Shown here: piece by piece, positions 18,901-31,522 of the stretch
Numbering within the stretch: position 1 is the first letter of the stretch
Layout of the letters: each line of letters starts with the position of its first letter
Assembly: GCA_963708025.1 (NCBI GenBank)
Contig: CAVPSB010000014.1
Span: forward strand, 160,001-224,000
Reading direction: 5' to 3'
Length of the DNA stretch: 64,000 nt
Source of the DNA: an uncultured Candidatus Rokubacteria bacterium
GTDB taxonomy: Bacteria > Methylomirabilota > Methylomirabilia > Rokubacteriales > DASRDR01
Program-made: the position numbers and the translations under genes
Notes under the pieces: generated by a model
The model's database searches: none
What the model was told of the DNA's origin: nothing
The model's input: only the letters and a program-made list of their open reading frames with translations

Positions 18901-21280
18901 AGCACCGCATCGTCGTTGGCGGCGAGCTGAAATGGGTGCGGGAGCGGGCGCAGGTCGAGTTCGACGCGGATGGCCGCGCCGTGAGGCGGAATCGGCACGG
19001 TCCAGGACATCACCGAGCGGAAGCGGGCGGAGGACGAGATCCGCCGGCTGGCTCGCCTGCAGGCGGAAGCCGCCGAGCTGGGGCAAGACGCCCTGCGCGG
19101 CGCGCCCTTGCAGGAGGTGCTGGACGGCGCGGTCACGCGGGTGGCCCGGGCTCTCGGCGTCGATTACTGCAACGTCGCGGAGATGCTCCCGGGCGGCGAC
19201 GAGTTCCTCCTGCGCGCGGGCGTCGGCTGGAAGGAAGGGGTCGTGGGGCGAGCGACGGTGAAGAGCCGTGGCTCCCAGCCCGGATACACCGTCCTCAGCG
19301 ACCGCCCGGTGATCGTCGAGAACGCGGCGACGGAAACACGCTTCGCCCCGCTGCCGCGGCTGCTCGGTGAAGAGGTCGGGAGCGCGATGAGCGTGGTCAT
19401 CTCCACCGCGGAAGGCCCCTACGGCGCCCTGGGCGCCCATAGCCGGCGTCGGCGGGTGTTCACGGGAGACGAGGTCAACTTCCTCCAGGCGGTCGCCAAC
19501 GTGCTCGGCATGGCCATCGAGCGCCGGCGCGCGGAGGAACGGCTCCGTCGCGTCAATCGCGCGCATCGTGCCCTCAGCACGTCCAACGAGGCCCTGGTCC
19601 GCGCCACCGACGAGTCCGCGCTGCTGCGGCAGATCTGCCAGATCATCGTCGAGGAGGCGGGGTATCGACTCTGCTGGGTCGGCTATGCGGAAGGGGACGC
19701 CGCCCGGACCGTGCGGCCCATCGCGCAAGCGGGGTTCGACGAAGGGTACCTGAAGGCGGCGAACATCACCTGGGCGGACTCCGAGCGCGGCCGCGGGCCG
19801 ACGGGGACCTGCATCCGCACGGGCCAGATCCAGATCGCGAAGAACATCGGCACGGACCCGAAGCTGGCGCCGTGGCGCGCGGATGCGCTCCGGCGCGGAT
19901 ACGCCTCGTGCATCGCCATCCCGCTCGTGGCCGAGGGCCAGCCGTTCGGCGCGCTGACGATCTACTCCCCGGAGATCGAGGCGTTCGGGGACGAGGAGGT
20001 GAGGCTCCTGAGCGAGCTGGCCGGCGATCTGGGCTATGGCATCGTGTCGCTGCGCACGCAGGCCGATCGAAAGAGGGCCGAGGTGGAAGAGGTGGCCCGT
20101 GAGCGCGAGGTCGCGATCGGCTTCAAGATCCAGCAGATGCTGCTCCTGGACGAGCCGCCCCGGGACATCCCCGGACTGCGCGTGGCCGCGCTCGACCGTC
20201 CCCTCGCAGCGGATCGCCGGCGATTTCTACGACTTCTTCACCCACCAGGACGAGAGCCTCGACCTCATCGTCGCGGACGTGATGGGCAAGGGAATCCCTG
20301 CCGCGCTCCTGGGCGCGGCGACCAAGAGCCATTTCACGGAGGCCCTGTGCCACCTGATTGCGCTGTCCCCGGTCGGGGCACTTCCGGAGCCCCGGGAGGT
20401 CGTGACCCTGGCCCATGCGGGCATGGCGCGGCATCTGATCGAGCTCGAGAGCTTCGTGACCCTGTGCTACGCCCGCGTGGACCTGACCCGCCGCCGCCTC
20501 GACCTCGTCGATTGCGGACATACGGGAGTCATCCACGTGCGGGGCGGGACCGATCGCTGCGAGATGGTCCACGGAGACAACCTGCCGCTCGGCATCCGCG
20601 AGGGCGAGATCTACGATCAGATCACCGTCCCGTTCGAGGCCGGAGACGCCTTCCTCTTCTACTCGGACGGGGTCACGGAGGCGTCCAATCCCGCCGGAGA
20701 GCGGTTCGGCGCGGACCGTCTGATGGCTTGTGTCCAGACGAACGCGAATCTCGCGCCCGACGCGCTGGTGGGCGCGATCCGCACGGCCGTCCTCGCATTT
20801 GCCGGCTCGGACCGGCTGACCGATGACCTCACGTGTGTGGCCGTCGAGGTCGGAGAGCGCCGGCGTCCGCTCGCGCGAGGGGAGACGGAGATTCGCAGCG
20901 ACCTCAAAGATCTGAGCCGGGCCCGCGAATTCGTGCGCACCTTCTGCCGCGCACTTCCCGGGCCACCGCTCGACGAGGACCGCGTGGCCGAGCTTGAGCT
21001 GGCGGTGAACGAGGCAGCCAGCAACGTCATGAAGCACGCCTACCATGGGCGCGCCGATCAGCGGATTCATCTCGAGGCCGAAGCGTTTCCGGACCATGTC
21101 GCGGTCCGGCTGCACCATCTCGGAGATCCCTTCGATCCGTCGGCGGTGCCCCCGCCCGCTTTCGATGGCTCCCGCGAGTCCGGATTCGGCGTCTATCTGA
21201 TCACGAGGAGCGTCGACGACGTCCGCTACTATCGCGACGAGCGCGGGGGCAACTGTATCGCCCTGGTCAAGATGCGCTGA
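15905..21280 (+). CDS. Giant membrane sensor: DUF4118-PAS-TM-multiple PAS-GAF-GAF-SpoIIE/PP2C phosphatase-RsbW-like HATPase (frameshifts near 18228, 18985, 20193)
   Basis: FNFFFLPPIYSLTIADPQNW (KdpD-type TM), PAS/PAC ends such as DITERKQAEE, PP2C motifs GDFYD/ADVMGKG/YSDGVTEA/DDLT, and anti-sigma kinase motifs LAVNEAASNVMKHAY...GFGVYLI. Confidence 0.85.
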
Positions 21281-21303
21281 ACCCGAGGTGAGGGACGAAC
21301 ACG

Positions 21304-21632
21304 ATGGCAATCGCATTCGACCGGATGGGCGACGTGACCGTGGCCCTGGTGCCCATGGAGGAGCTCGACGCGGGCAACGCGGCGGAGTTCAAGAGTGACG
21401 TCGCCCCGTTGCTCGAGACCACGACGAGGCTCGTGTTCGACCTGAGCCGGCTGCGCTTCGTGGACAGCTCCGGACTGGGCGCCTTCATCTCGTGCCTGCG
21501 GAAGCTGAACGCCAAGGGCGGCGACGTGAAGCTCTGCGGAGTGTCCAAGCCGGTCCGGGCGGTGTTCGAGCTCGTGCGCATGCACCGGATCTTCGATATC
21601 TGCGGAACGCGAGAGGAGGCCGTGCGGATGTT

Positions 21633-21642
<10 letters not shown>
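21304..21642 (+). CDS. STAS-domain anti-sigma factor antagonist (RsbV/SpoIIAA-like)
   Basis: FDLSRLRFVDSSGLGAF with the phosphoacceptor Ser. Confidence 0.93.
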
Positions 21643-23835
<2,193 letters not shown>

Positions 23836-24056
23836 CGAGGCCTCCTCAGAGCGGCGATCGCCGGAGGCGCGATCGCGGCGGCCGCTCACATCGCCCCCGA
23901 TCCCGCTTGATGTGGACTGCGGCGGTCCGCGATCGTAGCACACACGGTGTCGTGATCTCGTGCCCCGCCTCAGCCTGCACGAATGCGGCATCATGAGAGG
24001 ATGGAACCACGTGAAATGAGGACCGGCCTCTTTCGCGCGTTCAGGGGCGGGACGTC

Positions 24057-24878
24057 GTGACCGTCCTCCTCTGCCCAGTCCGGGGTTGCTGCCGACCACT
24101 GGTGCGCGAGGAGAGTCGCCTGGCCTGCCCGCGCCGACATTCCTTCGATATCGCCCGCAGCGGCTACGTCAACCTCCTTCAGCCACAGGACCGCAAGGCC
24201 GCCCGTCCCGGCGACTCGGCCCACGTCCTGGCGGCGCGGCGGCGATTGCTCGCCCGGGGATTCGAGACGCCGCTCACGGAGGCGATCGTCAGGCTCCTCA
24301 CGCTCGGCCCGGGCGACGCCGCCCTCGAGGTCGGGTGCGGCGAGGGCCATCACCTTGCGGCGATCGCCGCGCGATTCACGTGCGAGGGACACGGCCTCGA
24401 CATCTCCGCGGCCGCGATCGACGCCGCGGCCAGGCGGTATCCCGGGCTTCACTGGGTCGTGGCGAACGCCGACCGCTTCCTGCCGTACGCCGACGCGTCG
24501 TTTCGCGTCGTGGCCTCCATCACGGCGCGACGGAACGCGGCCGAGTTCCGGCGCGTCCTCCGCGATGACGGCACTCTCCTCGTCGTCGTCCCCGGGCCCG
24601 ACGATCTCATCGAGCTGCGCCACGCGATCCTCGGCGAGGGCATCGTGCGGGATCGCGTGGAGAGCGCGATCGCGGCGTTCGCGCCGCTCTTCACGCTCGC
24701 GCGCCGCCAGCGCATCCGTCACGTCGCGCGCCTCGACGCCGCTTCCATCCGCGACGTCATGACCACCTCGTATCGCGCCGGTCGCGCAAGCCGGCGCGGG
24801 CGTCTGGCGTCGATCGGCGCCCTCGACGTCACGCTGAGCCGCGACGCGCTGCTCTTCCAGCCGGCCCGGCCCGTTTGA
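24057..24878 (+). CDS. RlmA-like SAM-dependent RNA methyltransferase with N-terminal Zn finger
   Basis: CPVRGC...CPRRHSFDIARSGYVNLL; EVGCGEG. Confidence 0.8.
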   Translation: MTVLLCPVRGCCRPLVREESRLACPRRHSFDIARSGYVNLLQPQDRKAARPGDSAHVLAARRRLLARGFETPLTEAIVRLLTLGPGDAALEVGCGEGHHLAAIAARFTCEGHGLDISAAAIDAAARRYPGLHWVVANADRFLPYADASFRVVASITARRNAAEFRRVLRDDGTLLVVVPGPDDLIELRHAILGEGIVRDRVESAIAAFAPLFTLARRQRIRHVARLDAASIRDVMTTSYRAGRASRRGRLASIGALDVTLSRDALLFQPARPV

Positions 24879-24946
24879 CACGGGCTCTCCTGGCGCCGAT
24901 GGGGGGATCGAGCATGTGGAGCAGAGGGCGACCGGCTCCCTTGATC

Positions 24947-27623
24947 CTAGCGCCCGCCCGCTTCCCGCAGTCGCTGCAACAGCTCGCCCAGGCGGCGAAG
25001 CTCTTCGCTCGCGCGCGTGAGGGCGGAGGCCGCGGCATCCAGCAGCGTCTTCACCGAGCCCTCGGCCCCCACCGGGGGACTCGGCGCCACCTCGGCCCCC
25101 GCCCGCGGCGCCGGTCCACCGAACACCCGCGCCATCGCGCCCGTCCAGCGTCTCCTCCATGGCGATCCGGTCCCCGAAGCCGACGATCACGCGCTTGAGC
25201 TCCGGGAGCTGCCCCTTCTCGGCGGCGATGTAGAGCGGCTCGACATACACGAGGGAGCGCTCGATGGGGATGACCAGGAGATTCCCCCGGATCACCTGGG
25301 AGCCCCGCTGGTTCCAGAGGGAGAGCTGCTGGGAGATGAACGAGTCCTGGTCGATCCGGGCCTCGATCTGCCGGGGTCCGTAGATCAGTTTCTGCTTGGG
25401 GAAGTTGTAGACGACGAGCTTCCCATAGTGGGGCGGGTCGCTCCGCGCCGCCAGCCACGCGGACAGGTTGTCCTTCTTGCTGGGAGTGAAGGGGATGAGG
25501 AGGACGAACTCCTCCTTCGGCTCGCCGGGCAGGCGCAAGATGAGGTAGTAGGGCTCCATGGCCTGATCCTGCCCACCCACGGGGCGGACCGGGATGCTCC
25601 AGAGGTCCTCCTTGTTGTAGAAGACCTGGGTGTCGCGCATGTGGTAGACGGCGTACATCCCCGCCTGGATCCGGAACAGCCCCTCGGGGTAGCGGATATG
25701 GGCGCGGAGGTCGGCCGGCATGGCGTCGAGCGGCTGGAGCAGCCCGGGGAAGATCCGCGCGATCGTGCGGATCAGGGGATCCGCCGGATCCGCGACATAG
25801 AAGTGCACCGTCCCGTCGTAGGCGTCCACGGTCACCTTGACGGCGTTGCGCACGTAGTTGCCCAGCCCGCGCGTCGGCGTCGAGTACGGGAACCGGTCGG
25901 AGACCGTGTAGCCATCCAGGAGCCAGACGATGCGCCCCGCCGCCGAGATCACCATGTAGGGATCGTCGTCGTACCGGAAGAACGGGGCGATCCGCTGGAC
26001 CCGCTCCCGGATGTTCCGGTAGATCAGCACCCGGCTTTCCGTGGTCAGGTCGTTCGACAGGAGGAGCTTGAGGTCCCCCAGGTGCGCCGCGAACAGCGCC
26101 TTGCGCCAGAAGGACCCCAGCGGGATCCCGCCCTGTCCCTCGTACGTGGTGTAGACGTTCTGGTCCCCCGCCGGGTAGTCGAATTCCTTGGCCCGGGTCT
26201 TCACGAAGACATAGTCGGTGGCCAGCTCGCTGAAGTAGAGCTCCGGGCGGGAGATCCGGAGATCGCTGGAGGCCACCGGAGGGATGTCCTTGACCCAGAA
26301 CTCGGGGAGCCCCTCGCGCGTCACCCGGTTCACCGGGCTCACCACGGCGCCGTAGCCGTGCGTGTACGTCAACCGCTCGTTGATCCAGATCCGGCTCGGC
26401 AGATCCTTCGCGGAGAGCTCCCGCGGCGACAGGGTCACCTGCCGGTACTCCCCGTTGATGGTGTACCGATCGATATCGATATCCGTGAACTTGTAGTAGG
26501 TCCGGATCTCTTGGAGCTGGCTGTAGGTGGCGAGCAGGGGCCGGGTGTCCCACAAGCGGATATTCTTGATGGTCGCGTCGTTCTTGCGCAGGTCCTGAAG
26601 CGTCAGCGTCTGCTCGGCCGGGAACTCCCGCTCCTCGATGTTGTCCAGGCCGTAGGCCAGGCGGGTGTAGCGGATGTTGAAGTCGATGTACGGCTTCTCC
26701 TTGACGATCTCGTTCGGGGACACCTGGTACCGCTGGATCAGACCCGGGTACGCGACCCCGCCCAGGATCGCCACGCCCACCAGCGCGGCGACGCTCCACA
26801 GGAGGGGGCGCCAGCTCCGGAGACGGATCGTGACCAGGCACAGGACGGCGACCAGGCCGGCCAGGACCATCAGGGCCTTCAGGACCGGGAGCTGGGCGTG
26901 GACGTCGGCATAGCCGGCGCCGAAGGCCACGCCCCGCTGGGAGAAGAGGAGGTCGAACATGGCCAGACGGTACCCGGCGGCCTTCAGGAGGAGCAGCAGG
27001 GCCGCCAGGACCAGGAGGTGACCCCGGGCCCGTCGGGAGATCGAGACGGCCCTCGGGGGAGACCTGAATGCCCCGGGTGCAGAAGTACACGGCGATCGCG
27101 GCCAGACCCGAGAGGATGAGGACCCCCATCAGCCAGCCATAGAGGGAGCTCCAGAGCGGGAGCTGGAACACGTAGAAGGCCACATCCTGGTCGAAGAGCG
27201 GGTCCCGGATGCCGAACGGCGTGGGATTCAGAGCCTTCAGGACCAGCTCCCATCGGCCCGTCCCCAGCCAGCCGGCGAGGAGGGCCAGGATCACGCTCAC
27301 GGGCAAGGCCAGACGGCGGAGGTAGGGCTCCAGGATCTCTGGACTGGGCAGCCCGAGGGCGTCGTCCGCCGCCACGAGGACCTCGCGCGGGGCGAGCCGC
27401 CGGGCGAGGATCACGTTGCCGTACAGGATCAGGAAGAACGCGGCGCCCGTGACCACCCCGAGGAGGACCTGCGTCCGGAGCACGGTGACGAAGACCGACG
27501 TGAACTGCACCTCGCGGAACCAGAGCCAGTCGGTGTAGAGGCCGAGGATCTGGCCGGCCGTGCTCAGAAGGGCGATGGCGGCGATGACGAGGATCAGCCA
27601 CGATGAGACCACGGAACACGCAT
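24947..27623 (-). CDS. UPF0182 family membrane protein (frameshifts near 27610, 27055, 25143)
   Basis: YTDWLWF, DPLFDQDVAFYVFQLP, GAGYADV, NIRLWD, YTHGYG, NYVRNAVK, GNLLVIPI, YVEPLY. Confidence 0.9.
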
Positions 27624-27850
27624 GGGACGGCCCTCCCTCCCGAGGTTCACCGACGGGCGATGGATCCTGCCCGCCGGACCAGGACCGAATCGCGAATCAC
27701 GGAGAGCTCGGCAGCACTCCGATCCGATGCATTTTCCCCGCCGTGCCTCGGCGGCGAGCGGCGGCGCGGCGTGGAGGCTGAGGGCCGAGCGAACGAGGCG
27801 GGTAATGGCCCTGAGGTGTCTCCAGGCCTCCTGAACCGGCGAGTGCGGCG

Positions 27851-27879
27851 AGTGTAGGCCGGAGGCCAGTCGGGGTCAA
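27851..27879 (-). promoter_or_regulatory. Sigma-70 promoter for UPF0182
   Basis: TTGACC-N17-TACACT on the minus strand. Confidence 0.6.
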
Positions 27880-27992
27880 GCCGGCCGGGGACGCTGCCTC
27901 CCCAGTTGGGGCGCCCGGTCCCCGATGGGGCGGCGACGCCACATGTGGTCCCCGAGGCTGCCGCCGGGCCGGGGCGTCCGAACTTACCGGGT

Positions 27993-28062
27993 CTTTACGC
28001 GCCCTTGATGCCCCAGGGCATGGATTTGACGCCATCTTGACCTGGTATGGACGACACTTCGG
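27993..28062 (+). promoter_or_regulatory. Four-box direct-repeat promoter (KdpE-type), copy C, upstream of porin-kdp
   Basis: Boxes start at 27994, 28005, 28026 and 28037 (11/21/11). GACACT at 28053. Confidence 0.8.
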
Positions 28063-28118
28063 AGTGCGGATTCCTGGAGGGCCGTTGAGGCGACCCGCTT
28101 GGCGCCGCCGTGGGTCCG

Positions 28119-28134
28119 TGGCACCGCTGTTGCG
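28119..28134 (+). promoter_or_regulatory. Sigma-54 -24/-12 promoter motif
   Basis: TGGCACCGCTGTTGCG matches TGGCAC-N5-TTGC. Confidence 0.55.
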
Positions 28135-28275
28135 CGCTCCCGCACCTCGGCGCCGAGGGCCCTCGCGGGATCCGACGCCTCCCCGGAGATTCCCGGGAGG
28201 GTTCCTGCTGGCGCCGGACCCGGCCGTGGGCCGGGAGTCGGACGCCCTGGCATGACGCCAGGAAGGGAGGGGACC

Positions 28276-29478
28276 GTGGCCGAGCGTGAGGACGGGACAC
28301 CCTGGATCGTGGCGGGCGCTGACCGCCGCCGGGGCGCGTGGCGAGCGGGGCGGGCCGTGCTGGCGGTGGGCGCCGTCCTCGTGGCGGCGACTGGCGCCTT
28401 CGGCCAGACGACGGGCGCCGAGCCGCCCAAGGAGGCGCCCAAGACGCTGTTCCAGGAGCTGGTCTGGTTCGCCTACGTGGAGAACAGCGGCACGTTCAAC
28501 CTCCGCGGGGACGCCACCGACGGGACCAACGAGCTGCGCTTCTACGACGTCAACCGGGGGTACACCTTCAACATCGCGGAGTTCAGCGTGAAGAAGGAGC
28601 CCTCGGAGCGCTACCCCTTCGGCTTCGGGCTGGTCCTCACCGGGGGCGAGGACTCCCAGTTCAACCACGCGATCGGCATCTTCCGGGACGCGGACGAGGC
28701 CCCCACCGACACCGACAAGTTCGACGTCCAGGAGGCGTACCTCTCCTACAAGGTCCCGGTGGGCGCCGGGCTCACGCTCAAGGGCGGGAAGTTCGTCACG
28801 CCGATCGGCTACGAGGTCATCGAGTCGCCGAACGACCTGAACTTCTCGCGGGGCTTCCTCTTCACCTTCGCGACGCCGCTCACGCACGTCGGGCTGCTCG
28901 GCCTCTACCCGGTGAGCGACGCGCTCACGGTCACCGCCGGGCCGGTCCTCGGCTGGGACGTGGCCACCGACCGCAACGGCGCGCCCTCCGGGCTGGTCTC
29001 GGTCGCCTACACGGGCGTGAAGGACCTGTCGACGACCCTGAACTTCATCGTGGGCCCGGAGAAGACGGGGGACCAGACGAACCTGCGGGCGCTCCTCGAC
29101 CTGGTCGTCGCCTACACGGGGATCAAGAACGTGACGCTCGCCGCCGAGCTCGACGTCGCCGGGGAGGAGGACGCCGCGCCGGACGGCGGCACCGCCACCT
29201 GGTGGGGAATCGCCGGCTACGCGGCCTACGACTGGACCGAGAAGCTCCGCACGGCGGTGCGGCTCGAGTACTTCGACGACGCGGACGGCGTCCGCACCGG
29301 GTTCGGCTCCCAGCTCGGCCTCTTCGAGGTGACCGCGACGCTCCAGTACAAGATCTGGCGGGGGCTGGTCGGGCGCCTGGAGTACCGGCACGACCAGGCC
29401 GACGAGCGCGTGTTCTCCGGCGGGACGAACAAGAGCCAGGACACGTTCTCGGTGTCGGTCTACTACTCCTTCTTCTGA
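28276..29478 (+). CDS. Outer-membrane beta-barrel porin associated with the kdp operon
   Basis: Signal-like N-terminus, GKFVTPIGYEVIES..NLNFSRG.LF, RLEYRHD and C-terminal YYSFF. Confidence 0.85.
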   Translation: MAEREDGTPWIVAGADRRRGAWRAGRAVLAVGAVLVAATGAFGQTTGAEPPKEAPKTLFQELVWFAYVENSGTFNLRGDATDGTNELRFYDVNRGYTFNIAEFSVKKEPSERYPFGFGLVLTGGEDSQFNHAIGIFRDADEAPTDTDKFDVQEAYLSYKVPVGAGLTLKGGKFVTPIGYEVIESPNDLNFSRGFLFTFATPLTHVGLLGLYPVSDALTVTAGPVLGWDVATDRNGAPSGLVSVAYTGVKDLSTTLNFIVGPEKTGDQTNLRALLDLVVAYTGIKNVTLAAELDVAGEEDAAPDGGTATWWGIAGYAAYDWTEKLRTAVRLEYFDDADGVRTGFGSQLGLFEVTATLQYKIWRGLVGRLEYRHDQADERVFSGGTNKSQDTFSVSVYYSFF

Positions 29479-29490
29479 GGAGGGCATTCC

Positions 29491-29574
29491 ATGCTCGACG
29501 TCTTGTACCTCGGGATCATCGTCGGGTTCCTGGCCCTGTCGTGGGGCCTGATCGAGCTGTGTGACCGACTCTAG
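29491..29574 (+). CDS. 27-aa single-TM peptide preceding kdpF
   Basis: GAGGAGG RBS. MLDVLYLGIIVGFLALSWGLIELCDRL*. Confidence 0.75.
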   Translation: MLDVLYLGIIVGFLALSWGLIELCDRL

Positions 29575-29598
29575 GCCCGAAGACCGGAGGATCGCGCC

Positions 29599-29688
29599 AT
29601 GGCGCTCTACGTGATCGGCGGAATCGTGTCGCTCGGACTCCTCGTCTACCTGGTGGTGGCGCTGCTGAAGCCGGAGGTGTTCTCATGA
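29599..29688 (+). CDS. kdpF: K+-transporting ATPase subunit F
   Basis: [29 protein letters not shown]. Its stop overlaps the kdpA ATG. Confidence 0.9.
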   Translation: MALYVIGGIVSLGLLVYLVVALLKPEVFS

Positions 29689-31486
29689 CCGCGAACGGGT
29701 ACCTGCAGATCGCGCTCTACCTCGTCGTCCTGCTGGCGCTGGCGAAGCCGCTCGGCGGTACATGGCGCGGGTCTACGAGGGCCAGCCGCTCGGCCTCGAC
29801 CGCGTGCTCGGGCCGCTCGAGCGGCTGATCTACCGGCTGTGCCGGCGTCCGGCCCGGACGAGGAGATGGGCTGGAAGACCTACGCCCTCGCGATGCTGCT
29901 CTTCAACGTCGCGGGCTTCGCTCGCCGTCTACGCTGCTGCAGCGCCTCCAGGGCCTGCTGCCGCTCAACCCGCAGGGCCTCGGCGCGGTCTCGCCCGGAC
30001 TCGTCGTTCAACACCGCCGTCAGCTTCGCCACCAACACCAACTGGCAGGGCTACGGCGGCGAGACGACGCATGAGCTACCTGACCCAGATGCTCGGGCTG
30101 ACGGTGCAGAACTTCGTCTCGGCCGCCGACCGGCATGGCGGTGCTGGTCGCCTTCATCCGCGGCTTCGTCGCGCCGCACGGCCGAGCACCATCGGCAACT
30201 TCTGGGTCGACCTGACGCGCAGCACGCTCTACATCCTGCTGCCGCTGTCGCTCGTGCTGGCGCTCGTCGCTGGTCTCGCAGGGCGTGGTGCAGACCTTCG
30301 CGGCCCTACGCGAGCACGGTCGTCCAGACTACGAGTGCCGAGACGACGGACGGCAAGCCGGTCCGGACGAGGCAGCCCAGCGCGAAGTGCGACCGAGCAG
30401 ATGCTCGCCGTCGGCCCGGCCGCCTCGCAGATCGCCATCAAGCAGCTCGGCACCAACGGCGGCGGCTTCTTCAACGTCAACTCGGCGCACCCGTTCGAGA
30501 ACCCGACGCCGCTCTCGAACTTCCTCGAGATGCTGGCGATCCTCCTGATCCCGGCGCGCCCTCTGCTACACGTTCGGCAGGATGGTCGGCGACACGCGCC
30601 AGGGCTGGGCGCGTGCTGGCGGCGATGACGGTCGTGCTTCGTGCCGTCCTGCTGGCGCCTGTGCTGGCGGCCGAGCAGCGCGGCAACCCGCGCCTCGGCC
30701 GCGCTCGGCGTCGACCAGCCAGGCGAGCGCCCTCCAGCCGGGCGGCAACATGGAGGGCAAGGAGGTGCGCTTCGGCATCGCCAACTCCGCGCTCTGGGCG
30801 ACGGCGACGACCGCCGCCTCCAACGGCTCGGTCAACTCGATGCACGACTCGTTCACGCCGCTCGGCGGCCTGGTGCCGCATGTGGCTGATGCAGCTCGGC
30901 GAGGTGATCTTCGGCGGCGTCGGCTCGGGCCTCTACGGCATGCTGATCTTCGCCATCGTCGCGGTGTTCGTCGCCGGGCTGATGGTCGGCCGCACGCCGG
31001 AGTACCTCGGCAAGAAGATCGAGGCCTACGAGATGAAGATGGCGTCGCTGGTCATCCTGATCCCGCCCGTCGCTGGTGCTGATCGGCACCGCGGTCGCGG
31101 TGGTCGACGCGCCGGGCGGCAAGGCCACGCATCTTCAACCCCGGCGCCGCACGGCTTCAGCGAGATGCTCTACGCCTTCTCGTCGGCCGGCAACAACAAC
31201 GGCAGCGCGTTCGCCGGGCCTCGGCGCGAACACGCCCGTTCTACAACACGGCCCTCGGGCTCGCGATGCTCTTCGGCCGCTTCTGGCTGGCGATCCCGGC
31301 GCTGGCGATCGCCGGCTCGCTGGCCGCGCAAGAAGAACGTGCCCGCCGGCGCCGGCACGCTGCCGACGCACACGCCGCTGTTCGTCGTGCTGCTGGTCGC
31401 GCGTGGTCGTGCTCGTGGGCGCGCTGACCTTCATCCCCGCGCTCTGGCGCTCGGACCGATCGTCGAGCACCTGCATGATCGACTGA
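29685..31486 (+). CDS. kdpA: K+-transporting ATPase subunit A (many frameshifts)
   Basis: Fragments [58 protein letters not shown]. Confidence 0.9.
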
Positions 31487-31522
31487 GCGTCGAAGCCTGT
31501 AGCGACGGAGGTCGCAGCTACC

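Noticed and set aside
21229-21632. GlgX C-terminal extension overlapping the STAS gene
   Set aside because: It is antisense to a clear STAS gene, and one indel near 21660 restores a normal end.
23991-24946. UPF0182 ORF extension across the methyltransferase
   Set aside because: It is an artefact of the frameshift near 25143; the real end is 24947.
27624-28275. c-di-AMP (ydaO) riboswitch upstream of the K+ transport genes
   Set aside because: I could not find the conserved ydaO sequence blocks by eye; an Infernal scan is needed to exclude it formally.
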